IMG/VR virus record: IMGVR_UViG_3300032327_000277
Span: 1 to 37,398 of that record
Reading direction: 5' to 3' (one strand)
Length of the DNA: 37,398 bases
From: a virus
Taxonomy: Duplodnaviria > Caudoviricetes
Part shown: positions 1 through 9,560 of the stretch, one piece after another
Position numbering within the stretch: the first letter of the stretch is position 1
How the letters are laid out: the number at the start of each line of letters is the position of its first letter
The notes under the pieces: generated by a model
Databases searched by the model: none
What the model saw: only the letters and a program-made list of their open reading frames with translations
Told to the model about the DNA's origin: nothing
Position numbers and translations under genes: made by a program

Positions 1-1
1 G

Positions 2-310
2 TTAGTCCACTTTAGAATCAAGGTTCTCTACACAACAATGACTGCCTTTGGTACTGGAAATGGAAATCAGTATTTTATAACGCTACCTTTTGCCCCAACA
101 GAAAAGTATACATTTAGAAATGCTGTGTATGAAAAATTCTCTAATGGCAATCATTATGAACTATCTGCTCACGCTACGGCAGGTTTAACAACAATGGCGC
201 TCTATCATTCCGCTGGTGGAGGAAACGAAGTTTTAATGAATCACTCAGCCCCAACTAGCCCATCAACAACAGACTATTTCTACCTATCAGGAACATACGA
301 GGCTCAATAA
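2..310 (+). CDS. 3' end of a tail-fibre/structural protein (partial, runs off window start)
   Basis: Frame of ORF 38..310 is open back to base 2 (LVHFRIKVLYTTM...). The ...YFITLPF...YLSGTYE ending resembles phage tail-fibre tip domains, and it lies upstream of baseplate genes. Confidence 0.55.
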   Translation, partial: LVHFRIKVLYTTMTAFGTGNGNQYFITLPFAPTEKYTFRNAVYEKFSNGNHYELSAHATAGLTTMALYHSAGGGNEVLMNHSAPTSPSTTDYFYLSGTYEAQ

Positions 311-483
311 TGACCGCAGTTGACTTTCCCAATTCCCCTTCAGTAAATGACCTATTTACTATAGTTACCGCGCCTATCACAAACTCTGGCACGTCCACCT
401 CAGCGAACATTGGCATTGACCAAACAGGCCCTACTACTCCCGCTACCCCAAGTGCTGCAATAACTATTAATCAGATAGGTTAA
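310..483 (+). CDS. 57-aa ORF, possible collapsed tail-fibre remnant
   Basis: TAATG coupling at 308-312; translates MTAVDFPNSPSVNDLFTIVTAPITNSGTSTSANIGIDQTGPTTPATPSAAITINQIG*; below ORF-track cutoff. Confidence 0.55.
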   Translation: MTAVDFPNSPSVNDLFTIVTAPITNSGTSTSANIGIDQTGPTTPATPSAAITINQIG

Positions 484-493
484 AAAATATCTT

Positions 494-919
494 ATGACTA
501 TTAAATCAGTAGATTATCCTTTTTCATTTGCAAAGTCTTTTGACGGAAAATATATTTCGTCTGTAGGCGCTACAAGTAACCCTAAAAATATATGGCAAAA
601 CCGTATTCTTTTAGTGCTTGGTACTCGCCCTGGAGAACGGGTTATGCGCCCAGATTTTGGATGTAACTTATACACAGCCGTATTTGAATCAGAGTCCACC
701 GCTAGTCAAATTGCAAAAGATAGCATTACAGAATCTTTTACAAAGTGGCTTCCTGATTTAGCCCTAAAACAAATTGACCCATCGTTTGATAAAACCACTA
801 ATAATTTGATTATAAATATTTTATATGGTCTTCCAAATGGCGAGACAGATAATGTTACAATTAATACTGGTATATTTAACCGCTCGGGTGAGCTACTTCA
901 GGAGATAACTAATGGCTAG
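494..919 (+). CDS. Baseplate wedge protein, gp25/GPW-like
   Basis: Signature LGTRPGERVMRPDFGC; immediately upstream of baseplate J. Confidence 0.9.
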   Translation: MTIKSVDYPFSFAKSFDGKYISSVGATSNPKNIWQNRILLVLGTRPGERVMRPDFGCNLYTAVFESESTASQIAKDSITESFTKWLPDLALKQIDPSFDKTTNNLIINILYGLPNGETDNVTINTGIFNRSGELLQEITNG

Positions 920-2924
920 TAACGTATCCAAAGTTTATGTTCCTCAAATTGATTACGTATCCCGTGACTACACTGCAATTTTGTCAGACTTAACTGCTAT
1001 TGCCAAACAATTTAATCCTACTTGGGCAGTAACTGACGCTTCAGATATTGGCGTTGCGCTACTAGAAACCTTTGCCTATCTAGGCGATATTCTTAGTTTT
1101 TATACTGACCGTATGGCTTCCGAAGGATTTTTAGGGACTGCCAGCCAACGCGCCAGTGTTTTGCAGATTGCAGCGATGTTGGGGTATACTCCGACTCCAA
1201 GTAGCGCGGCTGTGGTAACTGCCGCTATTAAAAATAATGATTTAGTAAATCCTGTGACTATTCCTGCGGGAACTCAGCTGGCGTCCACTACTGTAGTTAA
1301 CGGCCAAAATACTCAAATAATTTTTGAGACTGATACTGCTTTAACGTTAAGCGCTAATGCTACGGGAAACGTTACAGCTACTCAAGGCGTAACAGTTACT
1401 GGTGAATCTTTAGGTACATCAGACGGAACACCTAGCCAGGTATTTAAGTTAGTGCAAACTGGAGTTATCATCAACAGCACTGGAAGTAACATTTCAGTTT
1501 ATGTAGGCGGTATTCAGTATACATATAGCTCTTCTTTGGTAGATAACGGTCCGTATGACTCTGCGTTTACGACAACTATGGACGCCGATGGCTATACATA
1601 CATTGTATTTGGCGACGGAGTTGGCGGAAGAATTCCACCTGCTACTTATTCAGTTACTGCTACTTATCGTGTAGGAGCAGGCTCGTACGGAAACATAGCT
1701 GCTGGGTCTTTAAACTCTTCTCCGATTAGCGGAAGCTATAACGTCACCATTAGCCAGCCAAGTGCCGCTAGCGGCGGAGCTGACGATGAGTCAACTGACT
1801 CAATTAGATATAACGTTCCACGAGCACTTCGCACTCTTCGCAGAGCGGTTTCTCTAAAAGACTACGCTTATCTAGCTTTGCAAGTTTCTGGTATTTCTAA
1901 AGCTAGCGCTGATTCAGCTGTTTGGTCCAGCGTTAATTTATATATTGCCCCTTTTGGATCTAGCGCAGTTAATGCTACTGGACCCTACAACGTGGTTACT
2001 GGTGCGTCCATAACTGCCGCCGATGGAACTGCAGGAAGCGGTTATATAACTTATGTAGGAACAGGTTTTGGAACTTTAACAGCTAACGTAAGTTACGTTA
2101 CAGTATCTGGACTTGCGCCAGTTGCCTACAACTTATACACGCCTACTCTAGTAACTCGCGTTGCAGGCGATGGAACAAGCTTTACCGTTGCCACAGCTGC
2201 TACTTCGTTACCTACTTTTTCAGCTTCACTATCTGTGCCTGTTATTACAGCAACTGGGGCAGCTACTACAGCGTTTAACACACTTAAATCTAGCGTGGTT
2301 AACTATTTTGTAGACAAGGTTGCCCCTAACGTAACCCTTACGGTTTTGCCGCCTTCATATGTGCCTGTTAATTTAGAAATGACTTTACGAGTACTCCCGC
2401 AATATAGCCAAGCTACAGTGGTTACTCAAGTGCAATCTGCATTGTCTAACTTGGTTTCATACAATAACGCGTTTTTTGCTGACCGAATTCCCCCGCACTT
2501 TCTTTTAAGCGCAATTACTAATATTGACGGTGTTGACTACGCGACTATTGAACATCTTCGCAGAAATTCAAACGAGCAAATATTCTCAGTAACTAGCTGG
2601 GTTAGAACAGTCAACACTGCAACTTTAACTATCCCTAACACCCACAACATTACGCCTGGTCAAATTGTGCGTATATATAATGTGGGGTCAATTGACGGTG
2701 TTTATGGAGTGACGTCTGTAACTGGAAATACCCTTTCAATAGCTGTGCCACTTGGTGCAGTATTAACTACTACTTCCCCTACAAATGCTGCAAACTTTGT
2801 AAAAGTTATATCCGTGGACTCCACTACATCTAATGGAGTTACTACTTCTGGCATTAGCTGTGCCGCAAATGAAATCCCTACTAAGGGCACATTTACTATT
2901 ACCGCCGCTGGCGGACTTTCATAA
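912..2924 (+). CDS. Baseplate J / T4 gp6-like wedge protein
   Basis: IDYVSRDY, D-x-G-x-ALLETFAYLGDILSFY, FGDG-x-GG-x-IP, GGADDES-x-x-SIR, RAVSLKDY motifs. Confidence 0.9.
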   Translation: MASNVSKVYVPQIDYVSRDYTAILSDLTAIAKQFNPTWAVTDASDIGVALLETFAYLGDILSFYTDRMASEGFLGTASQRASVLQIAAMLGYTPTPSSAAVVTAAIKNNDLVNPVTIPAGTQLASTTVVNGQNTQIIFETDTALTLSANATGNVTATQGVTVTGESLGTSDGTPSQVFKLVQTGVIINSTGSNISVYVGGIQYTYSSSLVDNGPYDSAFTTTMDADGYTYIVFGDGVGGRIPPATYSVTATYRVGAGSYGNIAAGSLNSSPISGSYNVTISQPSAASGGADDESTDSIRYNVPRALRTLRRAVSLKDYAYLALQVSGISKASADSAVWSSVNLYIAPFGSSAVNATGPYNVVTGASITAADGTAGSGYITYVGTGFGTLTANVSYVTVSGLAPVAYNLYTPTLVTRVAGDGTSFTVATAATSLPTFSASLSVPVITATGAATTAFNTLKSSVVNYFVDKVAPNVTLTVLPPSYVPVNLEMTLRVLPQYSQATVVTQVQSALSNLVSYNNAFFADRIPPHFLLSAITNIDGVDYATIEHLRRNSNEQIFSVTSWVRTVNTATLTIPNTHNITPGQIVRIYNVGSIDGVYGVTSVTGNTLSIAVPLGAVLTTTSPTNAANFVKVISVDSTTSNGVTTSGISCAANEIPTKGTFTITAAGGLS

Positions 2925-2938
2925 GGAGAATAAATTAA

Positions 2939-3664
2939 ATGGCTGCTTCATACCCTACCTCAGTTAAAACATACACAGATAAAATTGACGGAACTGACTA
3001 CGTAAAAGCCGCTGACGTAAATAGCCTTCAGTCTGAAGTCAACGCTATTGAGTCTACGTTGGGAACTTCCCCACAAACAAGCGCTTTACCATCTAGCGCT
3101 GGTACGTACAATGCCTCTGGGGTATCTACATCTGTAGCTGCTCGTTTAACTAACGTTGAAGCTGGGCTTACAAACGTTATTGCTACCGACGCTACGCACG
3201 TTGGGTACACTCAACTTGCTCAGCAAACTCTTGCTACCACAGCATCCACAGGTACAGTTACATTTTCAAGCATCTCACAGGCTTACCAAAAATTGGTATT
3301 ACTATTAACTACTAACTCTTCGTCTAGTGCTGTAGATGTAACAGTTACTTTAAATAGTACAACTACCACGGGAACTTACGTGTATAACGCGCCTACCTTT
3401 GCGTCAGCAACATTCAATACCACTGCAAATACTAGCCCAGCGGCCATTACCTTCGGTACTACCGATAATGCCAGCGTTAAATATTCAGGTAGTTTGGAAT
3501 TGCCTAATTATTCCAACTCTAATAACTACAAAAACTTTTTTGGGATGCACTGGAAAGGGTCTGTTACGGGAGTTTTTAACCAAGTTTCTAACATATCTGT
3601 TATCACTGTGTCTGTGCCTTCTTCTACTTTAAATATTACAGCCACTCTTTATGGCGTTAAGTAA
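2939..3664 (+). CDS. Putative tail fibre / minor tail protein
   Basis: AADVNSLQSEVNAIESTLG N-terminus; S/T-rich; ends TATLYGVK; GGAG RBS; lies between baseplate genes. Confidence 0.6.
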   Translation: MAASYPTSVKTYTDKIDGTDYVKAADVNSLQSEVNAIESTLGTSPQTSALPSSAGTYNASGVSTSVAARLTNVEAGLTNVIATDATHVGYTQLAQQTLATTASTGTVTFSSISQAYQKLVLLLTTNSSSSAVDVTVTLNSTTTTGTYVYNAPTFASATFNTTANTSPAAITFGTTDNASVKYSGSLELPNYSNSNNYKNFFGMHWKGSVTGVFNQVSNISVITVSVPSSTLNITATLYGVK

Positions 3665-3675
3665 TAGGTAAATAG

Positions 3676-6600
3676 ATGACAATTTATGGTTCTAAAGTAT
3701 ATGGGTCATTCCGTTATGGCATAGGTTCTACTACTGATATTAGTGTGTACCCATTTACTACTCAGTGTCTAGACTATGGAACTATAAAATTATCGTGGGT
3801 ATACCCACTAAGTACGGGAAATTTTACTTCTTTTTTAATTCTTAGAAGCTCTCTTGGATTTCCTGTGACCGCTGATAATGGTGATCTTATTTATAAAACA
3901 ACTTATTCTGCATTAAGTTCGGGAAGTTTATTTGGCAAACCAGGTACACTGACAGACACCGGGTCTTTGTATGACCCAATTACTGGAGTTTTTACACCAA
4001 CCTATAATGCAACGACTACTTTGTTGAGTAGGCAGACAGTATCTGACGCGGTAAACACTAAAACTTTTACACTTTTATCTATTGACGCAAATATAAAAGT
4101 TGGTCATGTAGTAAGTTATACACCTTCAGGAAACCTGACGGGAGCTAACTCAGGCAGTGGAGTTGTTGGCGGCACTACAGTAGCAGCAATTGGAACTACA
4201 GTAGACGCGCTTACTGGTGCCAGCCTTCCTACAATTACACTAAGTGATTACGCGACTATTCCGTCGGGAACTGTGTTAACGTTCTCCCCAGCAAAGCTGT
4301 CATTAGGTAAGACTTATTATTACTCTGCGTTTGTTTTAACTGACACTTCATGGCAAAGGGTTGGCACCGCTTTAGGCACCGCAGTTAAGAATTACAAAAC
4401 TGCTGACACAATGTACGACTCATTGCCCGAAGTGTACAAAGCAACTTCAGCTATATCTTCTTCCGTTTCAGCAAATAAAAACTTAGATTTGTATAACTTC
4501 GTAAGGCCTTTTGGGGTTCAATACGATTTTATTAAAAATAAAGTTGAAAATGCTAAAAACCGTTATGACATTTCAAATTTGGATGGCCGATTAATACCTG
4601 CTTTAATGAACCAAATGGGGTTTACTTATGAAAGCGGAATGGGACTTCAACAAGGGCGTAGGCTTCTTAGCTATGCTGACTATATCTATCTAAATAAGGG
4701 AACTGCTCAAGGATTAAGACAGTTTATGTCTGCTTTTTCTGGGTATGGTGCATCAATAGCGGCAACTAAAAATTTATTTTTAACACTCGATTGCTCTTCA
4801 TTTGAAAACAGCGATGGTTTTTGGAATGGCAGTGGGTATAGCCTTAGCGTTTCTAAAACTACTTCGACTATTGAAAAAGGCGCCCCCAATCCTTATCAGG
4901 AAACTCTTTCTCCCTCTGGGCACCCTAACAGCCAAGTTGGTTTTTTAAAGACTATTGCGCGAAATAATGGAGGAGTTGCTGCTGCCCATGAATTTTCATA
5001 CGGAGTATCTCCTGACGTTTTAACTATATCTGGCACTACTACCAACTCTTCAACACCTGGATATCAATACATAACTTTAACTACAGATACTGAGCATGGC
5101 CTTAGCGCAGGGCAATCCGTGGTTGTACAGAATATGTCTCCTGAAACTTTAAATGGCGTTTGGAAAATACTTAGTACACCTGACAATAAAACTTTTACAT
5201 ATTACAACTCGTTAATTACTACTCTACAGAGCACTATTGCGCCAGTTGGCGCTGGTACGATAGCTGCTCAAATACCTATTGGTACTGCCACAATTGATAC
5301 GCAAGTCCCAAGCGGAACTACGAGCGTTAGTATTACAACTAGCGCCCACTCGTTTGTTGTCGGGCAATCAGTTTATATCTCGGGAGTTACCCCAGCTGCC
5401 TACAATGGAACTTGGGTTGCACAGCCTGGCACAACTTACACTACCCTAGTAATTAGCATAGACGCTAACCCAGGCGCTATTACTGTGGGCGGAACTGTAA
5501 TAGACCCTACGCTTACAAGCACAACTCTTACGACAAATTCAGCTCATAATATAACTCCAGGACAGTCGGTAGTAGTATCTGGCATTACGCCCCTAGGCTA
5601 CAACGGGACTTGGGTAGCTCAACCTGGAACTACGGGCACTACTCTTATTTTAAATACGGGGTTTAATCCTGGCCCTATTACAGTGGACGGTTCCGCAACT
5701 GCTCCTGCGACTGTTAACGTGTATGACCCAAAACTATATGGCATACCAGTCACGCCCACAACTGCGTACTCATTTAGTTTGTATAGTTGGGCTAAAACTA
5801 CTGTTAGACCTGTATGGTTGGGAATTAAATGGTATGACCAAAATGGCACCTATTTATCTACGGCTACGCCAACGTCTACTAACAACGTTGTAAGTACGTG
5901 GACTCGTATAACTTTTGTTAATAAAACTGCACCTACTTCTGCAGCATACGCAGTTCCTTACGTTTATATTACAGGCACAGGTAATGCTGGAGAAGTTCAT
6001 TATTTTGACGCTTTCCAATTTGAGGCAAGCGCAACTGCAACAACATATTCAGATTCTCGACGCATAGATATGTACCTAACAGCTCCAAGAATTAACAGCG
6101 TTATTAATCCTGGTTTTGAGCCTTATTCATATACTGTACCTACTCAAACACCCACTGGAACTACTAATATAACTTTAAGTACTAGCACTGCTCATAATTT
6201 ATCAGTAGGACTTTCTGTAACACTTGCTGGTGTTACTCCATCAGGATATAACGGTACTTGGACGGCACAGCTTGGTACGACAGGCACAACTCTTGTTTTA
6301 AATATTGGGTCTAACCCAGGAGCGATTACCGTAGCTGGAACTGCTACTAGTGGGTTGTCGGGGTGGACAAACAATTTAACTTCTCCTGTAAGCACTGATA
6401 TTACAAACGTTTATCCGACTAGCGCAGTTGGTTTAGGAACTGCAATTAGCGCTACCTCTGCAAAAATCACAGCTAGCGGAACTAGTAGCACGTTTTCTAA
6501 TTCTTCAGCTATTTCAGTTGTTGCTGGAAACCCGTATTCGTTTAGCGCGTACGTTAAAGGCTCTCACGCAGACACCGTTTCTGTGGCAATTGCTTGGAAA

Positions 6601-7038
6601 AACGTTGGCGGCACTACTGTACAAACAGATAATCTTTCGGCAACTACTTTATCTACGTCTACGTTTACAAGAATTTCTATGACACCAGTAGACAGAGCGG
6701 TTAGCGCAACTAAAATGATTGCTCCCGCAACTGCTGTAACGGCTTTAATTACGTTTACGTTTACAGGAACAACAGGGCATTTTTACTACATAGACTCTGT
6801 TCTTTTTGAAAACTCATATACCGTTAATAGTTATTTTGACGGAAGTACGGGGTATAACAACACTGACGATTTAGTTTGGGAACAAAACGCCGCAGGTACT
6901 AAGGGCCACCCTTCTGACAGTAGAAGCTTATATTACCCAAATAAACAGCTCGTGCAATCTCGTATGAGGGCTGTTTTACCTGACTATCTCCCTATCGGCT
7001 CTAACTACGCGTTGATTGTTGGCACTACCGCTACTTGA
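3676..7038 (+). CDS. Large tail/baseplate protein: P2 gpI-like region, carbohydrate-binding-like domains and four ~60-aa beta repeats
   Basis: LMNQMGF...IYLNKGTAQGL (tail protein I-like); NPGFE, YSFSAYVK, YFDAFQFE (CBM-like); repeats T-x-x-H-x4-G-x-SV-x3-G-x-TP-x-x-YNGTW. Confidence 0.75.
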   Translation: MTIYGSKVYGSFRYGIGSTTDISVYPFTTQCLDYGTIKLSWVYPLSTGNFTSFLILRSSLGFPVTADNGDLIYKTTYSALSSGSLFGKPGTLTDTGSLYDPITGVFTPTYNATTTLLSRQTVSDAVNTKTFTLLSIDANIKVGHVVSYTPSGNLTGANSGSGVVGGTTVAAIGTTVDALTGASLPTITLSDYATIPSGTVLTFSPAKLSLGKTYYYSAFVLTDTSWQRVGTALGTAVKNYKTADTMYDSLPEVYKATSAISSSVSANKNLDLYNFVRPFGVQYDFIKNKVENAKNRYDISNLDGRLIPALMNQMGFTYESGMGLQQGRRLLSYADYIYLNKGTAQGLRQFMSAFSGYGASIAATKNLFLTLDCSSFENSDGFWNGSGYSLSVSKTTSTIEKGAPNPYQETLSPSGHPNSQVGFLKTIARNNGGVAAAHEFSYGVSPDVLTISGTTTNSSTPGYQYITLTTDTEHGLSAGQSVVVQNMSPETLNGVWKILSTPDNKTFTYYNSLITTLQSTIAPVGAGTIAAQIPIGTATIDTQVPSGTTSVSITTSAHSFVVGQSVYISGVTPAAYNGTWVAQPGTTYTTLVISIDANPGAITVGGTVIDPTLTSTTLTTNSAHNITPGQSVVVSGITPLGYNGTWVAQPGTTGTTLILNTGFNPGPITVDGSATAPATVNVYDPKLYGIPVTPTTAYSFSLYSWAKTTVRPVWLGIKWYDQNGTYLSTATPTSTNNVVSTWTRITFVNKTAPTSAAYAVPYVYITGTGNAGEVHYFDAFQFEASATATTYSDSRRIDMYLTAPRINSVINPGFEPYSYTVPTQTPTGTTNITLSTSTAHNLSVGLSVTLAGVTPSGYNGTWTAQLGTTGTTLVLNIGSNPGAITVAGTATSGLSGWTNNLTSPVSTDITNVYPTSAVGLGTAISATSAKITASGTSSTFSNSSAISVVAGNPYSFSAYVKGSHADTVSVAIAWKNVGGTTVQTDNLSATTLSTSTFTRISMTPVDRAVSATKMIAPATAVTALITFTFTGTTGHFYYIDSVLFENSYTVNSYFDGSTGYNNTDDLVWEQNAAGTKGHPSDSRSLYYPNKQLVQSRMRAVLPDYLPIGSNYALIVGTTAT

Positions 7039-7064
7039 TGTTTTGCCGTCTTTCTGTATAGACT
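7035..7064 (+). promoter_or_regulatory. Putative housekeeping-sigma promoter for replication module
   Basis: TTGATG (7035-40), 18 nt, TAGACT (7059-64); AGGAGG RBS before 7091. Confidence 0.4.
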
Positions 7065-7090
7065 ATTATCTCCGTTCATAGGAGGTAAAT

Positions 7091-7690
7091 ATGAGACGAG
7101 TAACCATCGCGGTTATAGGTAACGCAAAAACAACCAGGGCTAATGTAGAAGCCCTAATTGGCGACGTAGTGGATTCTGTAGATGAAGCGCGAATTGTCAC
7201 AGTATACAAAGACACTCAATCAGAGGGGCTAATTTGGGCTACCCAATACGCCCAAGATAAAGAAATCTTTAGCGGCGCTTATACCGACAACGAGTATGAC
7301 TCATTGTTTGCGGAGCACTCTGTAGAAGAGCTTAAGTTCTTTATGCTTTGGGATGACGAGGATCCCGAGTGCCAGCTAGCTGCTTCGGTAGCACAAGAAC
7401 ATCGCATAATGGCCTATGACCTAACTGACGGTCTTATCCTTATCCCGCTAAACTCTGCGCCTATCTCTAGGCCCATTCAAGCGCCAATTCCAAAGGCCGA
7501 AGAAGTAATTGTAGAAACTCCTGTTATTGAGGTCTTGATTGAGGCCCTAGAGGAGGAGGAAGACGAAGAAGACGATTTCTTTGAGCCTACGTACAACATG
7601 GAAGAGGCAATGACCATGTTAATGACCGAAATGGGTAAGATTTTTGCCCAGTCATTTACGGCTGAGTTCAAGCGCTTGATTAAGGAGTAG
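7091..7690 (+). CDS. SLOG (YspA/DprA-like) fold protein with acidic tail
   Basis: N-terminal IAVIG strand, EGLIWATQYA helix and FFMLWD strand fit SLOG topology; EEEEDEEDD tract. Confidence 0.4.
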   Translation: MRRVTIAVIGNAKTTRANVEALIGDVVDSVDEARIVTVYKDTQSEGLIWATQYAQDKEIFSGAYTDNEYDSLFAEHSVEELKFFMLWDDEDPECQLAASVAQEHRIMAYDLTDGLILIPLNSAPISRPIQAPIPKAEEVIVETPVIEVLIEALEEEEDEEDDFFEPTYNMEEAMTMLMTEMGKIFAQSFTAEFKRLIKE

Positions 7691-7691
7691 C

Positions 7692-8573
7692 ATGACTACC
7701 CCACTAAGCCGCCAAGCAAAAACTTGGATTAACTTTTTTATAGCCAACCCTGAGGTGCGGATTAACTACCTCTCCATAATGGAACATGGAGCAGTTAGCC
7801 GAAGGAAAAGCCTTATGATTTTGCGCGAACTTCGAGAGTCAAAACTCGTGATTGCAAAGAAATCAAGGTACATTGGCACTAACTTAGAACTTACCATTGC
7901 GGTAGAGTCTAAACTTTTAGAACTTACCACTACGGCTAGTTCCGATACAGCTGTACAGCTAGTAGCTACTATTTCCAATAGCTATACAGCTAGTACAGAT
8001 AGTAAAGTTAATATAGCAACATATTTCCTCGACGGAGTCGAGGGGGAAGAGAGTGACATGGGTTACGACTGGTTTGGGAAGATGTCTTCTGGCGAAGAGA
8101 GTGACGTAGTTCGTGACCGTGAGAAGTACCTTGCTTACAAGAAAGCTGAATACGCAGAAGCACGCGAAGCAAAAGCTCAACAGCGTAAAGATGTTCATAG
8201 GGCTAACTTGAGCCCTGCTAACTGGACTTCAAAAGATGTTGCCCATGAGTTTGCTGACCGTATGTCAAACGTTTGGAGCATAGCTCCTTTCAGCGTTACG
8301 CAGTCCAGGCTCGTGCAGGCTCTTGGAGTTTTCCGTAAGCAGCATGACACTAACGGCGAAATTGAGTTGCGTATGATAGAGCTTTTCTTTGATACACTCA
8401 AGCAAGACAAGTACACTGACGGTAATCATCTATGGCGTGCTTTTCTGTACAAGGCTCCATCACTGGTACAGGTAGCTCGTGAGAGCGTAGTCTCGGTGGA
8501 AGAACGCGAAACCGCGGTCATTCGTGACCAGGAACTCGCAGAACGTAAACTATCTATGTTTGATGAGGACTGA
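7692..8573 (+). CDS. Putative replication initiator (N-terminal HTH, S/T linker, helical C-domain)
   Basis: wHTH-like SRRKSLMILRELRESKLV; directly upstream of and coupled to DnaC-like ATPase; linker DNA carries repeats. Confidence 0.6.
   Translation: MTTPLSRQAKTWINFFIANPEVRINYLSIMEHGAVSRRKSLMILRELRESKLVIAKKSRYIGTNLELTIAVESKLLELTTTASSDTAVQLVATISNSYTASTDSKVNIATYFLDGVEGEESDMGYDWFGKMSSGEESDVVRDREKYLAYKKAEYAEAREAKAQQRKDVHRANLSPANWTSKDVAHEFADRMSNVWSIAPFSVTQSRLVQALGVFRKQHDTNGEIELRMIELFFDTLKQDKYTDGNHLWRAFLYKAPSLVQVARESVVSVEERETAVIRDQELAERKLSMFDED
7884..8004. repeat. Iteron-like repeats, candidate replication origin
   Basis: TTAGAACTTACCA at 7884 and 7917; TACAGCTAGTA at 7954 and 7985 with variants at 7931, 7946, 7994. 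Confidence 0.6.
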
Positions 8574-9259
8574 TGTACAAACCAGATGAACTACCTGCCA
8601 GAAGGCGGACTTGGGTAAAGATTGCCAGCGTACCGCCAGCAAAGCTTGGTTGGACGCTAGAGGACTGTTCCGATGTTCCGCCTGAGACTATGAAGACAAT
8701 CACACGCTGGACTAATGCTGTGTATAACGACAAGGTCATTAGGGCAGAAGGCAAGCAAACTTGCGGTGTAGGGCTAATGCTTTACGGTCTTCCTGGGCGC
8801 GGAAAAACTACAGTCGCAAACACCTTGATCCAAGAAGTTTTGCGTAAAGCAGCCCCTGAAGTTCTGGGAATGAGGCCAGGAAAGATTGTTTCTCGCCCGT
8901 GCTACTTCATCACCTACAACAGCCTATTAGACCTAAAAGGCGCAATTATGGAAAACCACGACACGGATGACCAGTTGCTTTATGACGGCATTTTAGGAGA
9001 AGCCTACGATGACGCATACAACGTCAGAGTTCTCGTCCTAGATGATGTGGGCAAAGAGCACGCAAGTGCGTCAGGCTGGCAGAAGAATATGCTGCACCAC
9101 GTAATGCGTACGCGCTTCAACAACGGCCTCCCGACCATTGTCACTACCAATATCAAGATTGACGACTGGGAGGCCCACTACGGGTCTGCTACGCAGTCTT
9201 TCGTGCACGAGGCGTTCATCTATGTGAACATGGATTCCTCAGCAGATTTGAGAAAGTAA
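8573..9259 (+). CDS. DnaC/IstB-like AAA+ helicase loader
   Basis: Walker A GLPGRGKT, Walker B VLVLDD, R-x-NNGLPTIVTTN. Confidence 0.9.
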   Translation: MYKPDELPARRRTWVKIASVPPAKLGWTLEDCSDVPPETMKTITRWTNAVYNDKVIRAEGKQTCGVGLMLYGLPGRGKTTVANTLIQEVLRKAAPEVLGMRPGKIVSRPCYFITYNSLLDLKGAIMENHDTDDQLLYDGILGEAYDDAYNVRVLVLDDVGKEHASASGWQKNMLHHVMRTRFNNGLPTIVTTNIKIDDWEAHYGSATQSFVHEAFIYVNMDSSADLRK

Positions 9260-9260
9260 T

Positions 9261-9560
9261 ATGTCAGGAAAAAGACTCCTTCAAGTATTTATAACCCACA
9301 AGTCCACTAACCCAGGGCCAGGTATCTTCGAGGTCAGCACTAACGCCAGTAAAAAGCTAAGCTGCACTTGTCCAGGATTTATAGCAAAAGCAGAATGCAA
9401 GCACGCCGATTTAGTAGGAAAAAAGATTGAGTCTGCTGGCGGAGTTTACCCATTTGACTTTTCTGAAAAAGTTACGACAAACGACATACGCCTAGCTATG
9501 GAAAGCGAAGAGCTTTTTAGGGATTTCATTATTAAATACGCAAAAATAGAGGTTTACTAA
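9261..9560 (+). CDS. SWIM zinc-finger protein
   Basis: CTCPGF-x5-CKH. Confidence 0.75.
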   Translation: MSGKRLLQVFITHKSTNPGPGIFEVSTNASKKLSCTCPGFIAKAECKHADLVGKKIESAGGVYPFDFSEKVTTNDIRLAMESEELFRDFIIKYAKIEVY

